Part shown: positions 57,992 to 64,000 of the stretch, in pieces
Numbering within the stretch: the stretch's first letter is position 1
How the letters are laid out: each line of letters begins with the position of its first letter
Origin: Pseudomonadota bacterium
GTDB taxonomy: Bacteria; Pseudomonadota; Alphaproteobacteria; Sphingomonadales; Sphingomonadaceae
Assembly: GCA_039815245.1 (NCBI GenBank)
Contig: JBCBZR010000011.1
Coordinates: forward strand, 3,656-67,655
Length of the DNA stretch: 64,000 bases
Direction: 5' to 3'
The notes under the pieces: model-generated
Database searches by the model: none
What the model was told of the DNA's origin: nothing
What the model saw: the letters and a program-made list of their open reading frames with translations, nothing else
Made by a program: the position numbers and the translations under genes

Positions 57992-59398
57992 TCAGACCGG
58001 CTCAACCGATCGTTTTGCCTCGCGGGCGGCCTTTTCCGCCTGATACAGCAGCCATGCAAGATAGGCTGAAATCACCGTCATTGCCCCGGCGAGCAGCAAT
58101 TGATCGACCACAGCAAGGCCCACAAAGGTCAAACCGATCGCTAGCAGTGACCCGCAAATCATTCCGGCTGAATTGACGAAATTGTTGGCAGCGATTGTCC
58201 GCGATGCCGCATCGTCTGCGCAGCGCGTGGTGAGGAAGGCATAGAGCGGGACAACGAAAAACCCGCCCGCAGTCGAGATACCCAGCAAGGTAAGCGACAA
58301 GGGGATGGCCAGCGGTTCAAGGATCCAGGCCTGCACTGGCAAGAGCTCACCCGATTCATTGGGTATCCACGCCTTAGCGATCACATAAAAGGCGACCAGA
58401 AAGCCGCCCATGATAACCACTGAGGCAGGTGCATAACGGGCGGAAACCTCGCCTTTCAAAAGCGCGTTGATCCCCAGCGATCCAATCGCAATCCCGACCG
58501 AGAAAATCACCAGAAACAGGCTTGCGACCTCCTTGCTGGCGAGCAGCTGGTTCTTGGCGAGCGGAGGAAACTGGATGAACAGCACAGCGCCGATGGTCCA
58601 GAAAAAGCTGATCGCAACGATGCTCAGCCAGATTTCGCGATTGGCAGTCGTGTCGCGCACAAGCTTATAGGTCATCACCAATTGATCGGCGAGCGCGACA
58701 AACGGATAGCCCGCCCAGCGCAGCGCCCGGTTGGGCACTTTGGCAGAATAGGGTTCAAGCAGCGGAAAGTGCATCTCATAATCGCTTTGCGGCGGAGCAT
58801 CGGGCACATAGCGGGAGACGAAATATCCGACAAAAGACGTCAGGACGATGATCACCATCGCCACTTCAACCGAGATAAACCCGGCCAACGTCGTGCCGCT
58901 TAGGATCGCAATGTATGTGCTTGCCTCGATCAAGCCGGTGCCGGGCAAAACCTCTTCGGATTTGAGATGCTGGGGCAGGATAGAATACTTGATCGGCGCC
59001 AAAAAGGTCGATTGGGCCGCGGCAAGGAACACTACAAAAAGCAGCAATGGGATGGCGACGGTGTGCACCATGATCCCCTGCCAGGCCATAAACAGCCCGA
59101 TCGCGCCCAAGGAAGCCCAGCCAATCTCGCACAGTTTCACGATGCGGATAATGCGCGCCTTGTCGTTGGTATCGGCAAGCTGCCCGGCAAGCGCTGACAG
59201 CAGCACAAAGGGCGCGATGAAAATCACCGAGGCAATACCGCTGAACAGCGCCTCTTGCCGCTCATCATTGTAGACTGAATAGACAACGAACAGGACCAGC
59301 GCGGTCTTGAAGACATTATCGTTGAACGCGTTGAAAAACTGCGTGACCGCGAGCGGCAAAAAGCGCTTTTGGCGCAGGAGATCGGTCGAAGTGGTCAT
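57992..59398 (-). CDS. MFS transporter (lysophospholipid transporter LplT-like)
   Basis: The sequence FLPLAVTQFFNAFNDNVFKTAL...LSALAGQLAD is typical of LplT-type MFS transporters. It has about 12 TM segments. The start is at 59398. Confidence 0.75.
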   Translation of the reverse strand: MTTSTDLLRQKRFLPLAVTQFFNAFNDNVFKTALVLFVVYSVYNDERQEALFSGIASVIFIAPFVLLSALAGQLADTNDKARIIRIVKLCEIGWASLGAIGLFMAWQGIMVHTVAIPLLLFVVFLAAAQSTFLAPIKYSILPQHLKSEEVLPGTGLIEASTYIAILSGTTLAGFISVEVAMVIIVLTSFVGYFVSRYVPDAPPQSDYEMHFPLLEPYSAKVPNRALRWAGYPFVALADQLVMTYKLVRDTTANREIWLSIVAISFFWTIGAVLFIQFPPLAKNQLLASKEVASLFLVIFSVGIAIGSLGINALLKGEVSARYAPASVVIMGGFLVAFYVIAKAWIPNESGELLPVQAWILEPLAIPLSLTLLGISTAGGFFVVPLYAFLTTRCADDAASRTIAANNFVNSAGMICGSLLAIGLTFVGLAVVDQLLLAGAMTVISAYLAWLLYQAEKAAREAKRSVEPV

Positions 59399-59519
59399 AG
59401 CTGACGAAATGCGGGAGCGTGCCCCGAAGCGCCCCACATAGCGAACAGCCTAACTCACACAAGTTAATCCTTGCGCATCTTTTGCGAAGCCGCTGGGCAC
59501 GCTAGGGGCGTGATCGACC

Positions 59520-60128
59520 ATGCTGACTTTGCCTAACATCCTGACGATGAGCCGTATCCTTGCGCTGCCGCTGCTGGGGTTTTTTCTGTGGTGGCCGCAT
59601 TGGGCACTTGGCTATGCGATCGGCTTTGCGCTGTATTGCCTGATCGCGATTACCGATTTCTTCGACGGCTATCTCGCCCGCGCGCAAGGCACTGTATCAA
59701 AGCTTGGCATCTTTCTGGACCCCATTGCAGACAAGATCATGGTGGCGACAGTTATTCTGGTGCTGACCGCGCAAGGCTATTTGCGCGGGCCTTATGTTGG
59801 GGACTTCCATGTGATCGCCGGTCTGATCATCCTGATCCGCGAGATTGCGGTGAGCGGCCTGCGCGAATTTCTCGGCGGAATTCAGGTTTCTGTGCCTGTT
59901 TCAAAGCTCGCCAAGTGGAAGACGGCGTTCCAGCTGATCGCGCTGGGTGCGCTGATCGGGGGCGGGGCGCTGCATGGCCAGCCGTGTCAGGAGCTTGGCA
60001 ACAGCTGCAAGACAGTCGCGGAAAGCTGGGCGCATGTGATCGGTCTAACGACTCTGTGGACCGCCGCCGCGCTGACCTGCATCACCGGTTGGGATTATCT
60101 GCGCGTGGGCCTCAAACACATGGATTAG
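59520..60128 (+). CDS. pgsA: CDP-diacylglycerol--glycerol-3-phosphate 3-phosphatidyltransferase
   Basis: It begins LPNILTMSRI. The CDP-alcohol motif is DFFDGYLARAQGTVSKLGIFLDPIADK. Confidence 0.9.
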   Translation: MLTLPNILTMSRILALPLLGFFLWWPHWALGYAIGFALYCLIAITDFFDGYLARAQGTVSKLGIFLDPIADKIMVATVILVLTAQGYLRGPYVGDFHVIAGLIILIREIAVSGLREFLGGIQVSVPVSKLAKWKTAFQLIALGALIGGGALHGQPCQELGNSCKTVAESWAHVIGLTTLWTAAALTCITGWDYLRVGLKHMD

Positions 60129-60333
60129 AATCGCCATTGATCGGTTGAGACATGCAACCGTTGCAACGCTTCATCGCAGTTTGTAAACTTTTTACCCATG
60201 CAAAGCGTCGTTTCGGTGATGCTGTTAATCTGAGCGACAGGACGCGCTGGCAGGTCTCGCTTCAACGCGGTGGCAACCCTTTTCCCCTAAACCCCCAAAA
60301 AAAAGCGCCGCAAATAACGATGAGGAGTCGTAG

Positions 60334-61269
60334 ATGATGATCGATCTTAAGAGCCGTGTGGCGATCAGCGCTGCGCTGATTGCGCTTGTATCGCCCGCCG
60401 CACTGGTCGCCCAAAACAGTGACATGCAGCCCGTGCGTGTATCCGATGCCATGAAGCAGATGGAACAGCGCGGTGAGCCGATTACGGTGACGGGTGATAT
60501 CCCCACCGATCTGGAAGGCCTGCCTCAGGGACCCGACGTGGAAGGCTTCGTGTCCGCACGTCAGGGCCAGCGGGTTCAAGTGACTCAAGTGGGCGGCCAG
60601 CAGACCATCGTGGCGGTCGGCCCCGCGACTGAGATCAAAGCATCCGGCGGCTTTCTGGGACTGGCGCGTGATGCTCTGACCGCTGATCAACTGGTCAATG
60701 GTATTCCGGTCAAGATTGAGACGGTTGAATGGAACAACCGCCTGATCGCCACCGAAGTGCGGATGAAGGCCAAAGACCTCAAAACCGCCCGGATGATCCA
60801 GACCGGCACCGATCAGCGCTTTGGCATGAACGAGGCAGGCATCGCCAAGAATGAAGCCGCCACTGAGGCCCTGCGTGGGCGCTTTGGCGATATCGACAAG
60901 TACAACCTTGCCGCGACGACTAATGTCTATTTCGACACAGGCAAATACTCGCTGTCGCCCGAAGCGCGCAGCACGCTGTGCGCGGCTGCACAGCAGGCGC
61001 AGGCGAATGAGAACGCGCTCATTCTTGTGGTTGGCTACACCGATTCAACCGGCAGCTATGAGATCAATCAGGAGCTCAGCGAAAAGCGTGCCGGGCGGGT
61101 GACGAACTTCCTTCAGCAGCAGTGCGGCTGGAAGCCTTATCGCATGCTCACCCCCACCGGCATGGCAACCGCTGACCCGGCGGCAGACAACGCGACACCC
61201 GAAGGCAAAGCGCAAAATCGCCGCGTGGCTGTGAACGTGCTGGTGAGCAAGAGCCTCGACGGGCTGTAA
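60334..61269 (+). CDS. OmpA-family (OmpA_C peptidoglycan-binding) protein
   Basis: It has a signal peptide and the C-terminal OmpA-like domain FDTGKYSLSPE...VVGYTDSTGSYEINQELSEKRA...NRRVAVNVL. The N-terminal domain is unassigned. Confidence 0.8.
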   Translation: MMIDLKSRVAISAALIALVSPAALVAQNSDMQPVRVSDAMKQMEQRGEPITVTGDIPTDLEGLPQGPDVEGFVSARQGQRVQVTQVGGQQTIVAVGPATEIKASGGFLGLARDALTADQLVNGIPVKIETVEWNNRLIATEVRMKAKDLKTARMIQTGTDQRFGMNEAGIAKNEAATEALRGRFGDIDKYNLAATTNVYFDTGKYSLSPEARSTLCAAAQQAQANENALILVVGYTDSTGSYEINQELSEKRAGRVTNFLQQQCGWKPYRMLTPTGMATADPAADNATPEGKAQNRRVAVNVLVSKSLDGL

Positions 61270-61303
61270 GATCCGCTCTCTGAGTGAGAGAAGATGAGAA
61301 TTG

Positions 61304-61330
61304 GGGAAGTGGGCCGCGGGTCCACTTCCC
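61304..61330 (+). terminator. Stem-loop downstream of the OmpA-family gene (possible terminator; no T-run)
   Basis: A 9-bp perfect stem pairs gggaagtgg with ccacttccc around a 9-nt loop. No U-tract follows. Confidence 0.35.
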
Positions 61331-61417
61331 GAAGCCTCCGAAGTGGCTCTGGTTGGTGGGCTGGGAGTGGTGGCTTGGATATTGCCACCCGGCCCCCTTA
61401 TCCCCTAGGCCCGGCTG

Positions 61418-62485
61418 ATGCTGGACCTGTTTGCTGATCGGCGATTAAACACGGAGCAATCACGCTACTTCGATATGTGGCGCGGGGCATCGGCAATTGC
61501 CGTTCTGGTTGGCCACACTGTCCCGCTTTACTATGCGAACAACCGGCTCTTCCCTGCCTTTGCCGGGGCGGCGGTGATGGCGTTTTTCGCGCTGAGCGGG
61601 TTCTTCATTCACAAGTCGCTCGCCAAGGGCACGCGTGAAGGGCGGCTTGATTGGAAGAACTATTCGATCTCGCGCATCAACCGCATTGTGCCCACATTCC
61701 TGTTTGCGCTGTTTGTCACATGGGCCTGCTGGGCAATCGCTCCTTTGGTGTTCCAGTGAGGCACACGCGCCTATGTCACTCCCACGGTGCGGGAGGCGAT
61801 TTCGCTTGAGGGGTTTGCGCGCACCGCCTTTTTCCTCAACGGTCTGCTTGGACCCACGGTCTCTGCGAATGGCCCGCTATGGTCGCTCGCCTATGAGGTG
61901 TGGTTCTACATCGGGGCAGCGCTGCTGTTTTTGGGGCTGACGGGCAAGCGCCTCGCATGGCTGGGCCTCGCGCTGTATCCGGTTTTCGTCATCGCTGATC
62001 CTTGGTTCGCGGTCTGGGGCGCATGCTGGCTGGGCGGTGCTGCGGTTTCGGTCTTGCACGCCTCTGGTCGACTTGGCTGGGCGCGGCGCAGATGGATGGT
62101 GGCGGCGTTGCTGCTTCCGGCCGCAGGGCTTGCCGCCATCATGCTAAGCCCGCCCAATCTGGTGTTCTGGACGACGCGCCTGTTTCAAGTGCTGTTTTGC
62201 GCGTGGTTCATCCTCCACATGGCGCAGGCCCTGAATGAGGAGCGGCTGGTGTCGATCAAGTCGATCGTCGCAACCGCGGGGTTTTCCTACACTCTCTATG
62301 TCGTCCACTTTCCGATGCTGCTGGTCGCTTACGGCATCAGCGAGGCGAAGATTGCTGCCCCGATTGCGGCCATCACGATCCTGCTGTTCGCCGCACTGAC
62401 CGGTCGCTGGATCGAATCGATTGCGCTTATTCGGCGCCCTGCCAAGCCGGTCGCTGCACCGCCCAAGCCTGAGCCCGCTGAATAG
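61418..62485 (+). pseudogene. Acyltransferase-3 family (O-acyltransferase) gene interrupted by one in-frame TGA at 61757-61759
   Basis: ORFs 61418..61759 and 61787..62485 are in the same frame, and nothing but the single TGA lies between them. Both halves are polytopic and carry acyltransferase_3-like motifs (FDMWRGASAIAVLVGH and NGPLWSLAYEVWFY). The joined length of about 355 aa is typical for the family. Confidence 0.65.
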
Positions 62486-62513
62486 CCGGTCCAGCGGGCC
62501 AGCACCGCACGTC

Positions 62514-63410
62514 TCAACCCGCCCGCAATTCCTCTGCGAGCAATTTGAAGTCTGCCTCACGCGGGGAATTCTTGCGCCAGGCAAGCACGATTTCGCGTTT
62601 GGCGGTTCCGCTCTCGACCGGGCGAGCGACGACTTGCGTGCCGTTCAGGATGCCCGCCTCTACCGCCATTTCCGGCAGCATGGTGAGGCCCAGCGCACCG
62701 TCCACCATCTGCACCAGCGTGTGCAGGCTTGTGCCGATCATGCTGGCGCTCGCGCGCAGTTCGGCGCGGTTGCACGCGGCAAGCGCATGGTCGCGCAGGC
62801 AATGCCCGTCTTCGAGCAGCATCAGCCGCCCCTGATCGATCATGTCCGGCGGGATCGTGGCGGGCGGATCGCGCGGGTCATCCTTGGGAAAGGCGACAAA
62901 CAGGCGATCATCCGCGATATGCTCAATCTCTGCATCGCCCGTGTCAAACGGCAGCGCCAGCAGCACACAATCGCAGCGCCCATGCTGGAGCGATTCCATC
63001 GCATCCGCGCTTGTCTCTTCGCGCAGCATCAAGGACAGGTCCGGGCGCTCCTGCTTGAGGCGCGGCAACAGGCGCGGCAGTACGAACGGGGCGATGGTCG
63101 GGATCACGCTCATGCGCAACTGCCCTGAAAGCGGCTTTCCCGCCGCTTGCACCAGATCAGAAAGCTCCTCCGCCTCGCGCAGCAAGCGGTTCGCTTTGGC
63201 CACCACCGCATCACCCAGCGAGGTAAAGCGCACCACCCGGCGCGATCGCTCAACCAGCGTCACCCCAAGCAGCGATTCCAGCTCTCGTATCCCCGCTGAT
63301 AGTGTCGACTGCGAGACAAAGGAGGCATCCGCCGCGCGCCCGAAATGCTTATGCTCGTTCAGCGCGACGAGATATTGCAATTGCTTGATGGTGGGGAGGT
63401 AGGTGCTCAA
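62514..63410 (-). CDS. oxyR: LysR-family peroxide-sensing regulator OxyR
   Basis: The N-terminal HTH is IKQLQYLVALNEHKHFGRAADASFVSQSTLSAGIRELE. The redox cysteine pair sits in LLEDGHCLRDHALAAC. Confidence 0.85.
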   Translation of the reverse strand: MSTYLPTIKQLQYLVALNEHKHFGRAADASFVSQSTLSAGIRELESLLGVTLVERSRRVVRFTSLGDAVVAKANRLLREAEELSDLVQAAGKPLSGQLRMSVIPTIAPFVLPRLLPRLKQERPDLSLMLREETSADAMESLQHGRCDCVLLALPFDTGDAEIEHIADDRLFVAFPKDDPRDPPATIPPDMIDQGRLMLLEDGHCLRDHALAACNRAELRASASMIGTSLHTLVQMVDGALGLTMLPEMAVEAGILNGTQVVARPVESGTAKREIVLAWRKNSPREADFKLLAEELRAG

Positions 63411-63416
63411 TCCACG

Positions 63417-64000
63417 CTACTCCGCCGCCAGCGCGTCTTCCATGCCTGATTGCATATCGTCGATATGCGCCATGGCGAGCTTTCCGTTCTGCACGGCGAA
63501 GGCCATGCGCCCTTCGACCAGTTCCAGAGCATCGCGGCCAAACACTTCGTAGCGCCAGCCCTTGAGCACTTTGAGATCGCGCATACCGGCGGCGAGCGCT
63601 TCCATCTCATCTGCGCGGGTCAGCAGCCGGGCCGCCACGTCAATTTCGCGCGCGCGGATTTTGAGCAGGAGTTTGAGCAAGTCCGCCACCAAGGCGCCTT
63701 CCTTGCCCAGCGGCGCGCCGCGCTTCATCTTTTCGGGCATTTCGGATTTGGGCAGCGGATCCGCCTCAGCCACGATCCGCATCATCCGCTTGCCGATATC
63801 ATTGTCCTTCCACGCGGACGAAAGCCCGCGCACCTTGGCGAGATCGGCCTGTTTTTTGGGCGGGTGGCTGGCGATATCGGCGAGCGTTTCATCGCGCATG
63901 ATCCGGCCGCGCGGGATGTTCTTGTGCTGCGCCTCACCCTCGCGCCACGCCGCCAGAGCCTTGAGCCGACCCAGCACTTGCGCGTTGCGTCCCGGAGAGC
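63417..64000 (-). CDS. rnd: Ribonuclease D, C-terminal part (HRDC region); the N-terminus lies outside the window
   Basis: The HRDC-like segment is LKALAAWREGEAQHKNIPRGRIMRDETLADIA. The reverse-strand frame stays open to the window edge. Confidence 0.8.
   Translation of the reverse strand, partial: SPGRNAQVLGRLKALAAWREGEAQHKNIPRGRIMRDETLADIASHPPKKQADLAKVRGLSSAWKDNDIGKRMMRIVAEADPLPKSEMPEKMKRGAPLGKEGALVADLLKLLLKIRAREIDVAARLLTRADEMEALAAGMRDLKVLKGWRYEVFGRDALELVEGRMAFAVQNGKLAMAHIDDMQSGMEDALAAE

Noticed and set aside
61757-61759. The in-frame TGA in the acyltransferase-3 gene might encode selenocysteine.
   Set aside because: I know of no selenoproteins in this family. I saw no obvious stem-loop immediately downstream and no sel genes in the window. 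A nonsense mutation or sequencing error is far more likely.
1-64000. I searched the whole window for CRISPR arrays, rRNA genes, IS elements, integrases, restriction-modification genes, toxin-antitoxin pairs and prophage genes.
   Set aside because: I saw no regularly spaced repeats, no rRNA-like sequence, and no transposase, integrase, nuclease or methylase motifs in any listed ORF. Apart from the three small insertions described above, the window is core chromosome.

Overview
This is a high-GC alphaproteobacterial chromosomal segment. Hand-sampled 60-nt lines in core genes are about 58-67% G+C. Gene content and order fit Sphingomonadales/Erythrobacteraceae best, which is an inference from synteny, composition and the absence of lpx genes. 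I call about 70 genes, nearly all core housekeeping. In order they are:
- an ABC-F ATPase (partial), an amidohydrolase and a SIMPL protein;
- a PepSY / OmpR-type regulator / histidine kinase locus;
- an ECF sigma module, chorismate mutase, ispB, hrpB and an NDUFS4-like protein;
- SRP RNA-dnaX-ybaB, then lon-hupB;
- rlmB, tRNA-Tyr, a FabH-like KAS III and psd-pssA;
- the large conserved block rpsB-tsf-(insertion)-pyrH-frr-uppS-cdsA-dxr-rseP-bamA-skp-fabZ-rpmE, which has no lpxD/lpxA/lpxB;
- an SMR pump, a 2OG oxygenase, tRNA-His and a Leu/Val-type dehydrogenase;
- ccmCDEFGHI and kup;
- the reverse-strand chain dapF-mtaB-ftsY-yciB-M24 peptidase;
- a GGDEF-EAL protein, an EVE protein, a TPP enzyme, an LplT-like MFS transporter, pgsA, an OmpA-family protein, an acyltransferase-3 gene interrupted by an in-frame stop, oxyR, and rnd (partial).

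I saw no CRISPR array, rRNA, transposase or integrase.

The clearest accessory element, and my best candidate for an undescribed system, is a ~1 kb AT-rich two-gene islet at 47.3-48.4 kb between kup and the M24 peptidase gene. It encodes a small zinc-ribbon protein and a protein whose YbjQ/DUF74-like domain follows an unrecognised N-terminal region and a coiled coil.

Secondary oddities:
- a lower-GC secreted orphan ORF at the dnaX-ybaB | lon-hupB junction, where recR would be expected;
- an ECF sigma operon with a non-canonical, highly charged anti-sigma-like protein and a secreted low-complexity protein;
- an insertion between tsf and pyrH.

All family assignments come from motifs read by eye. 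No database searches were run.
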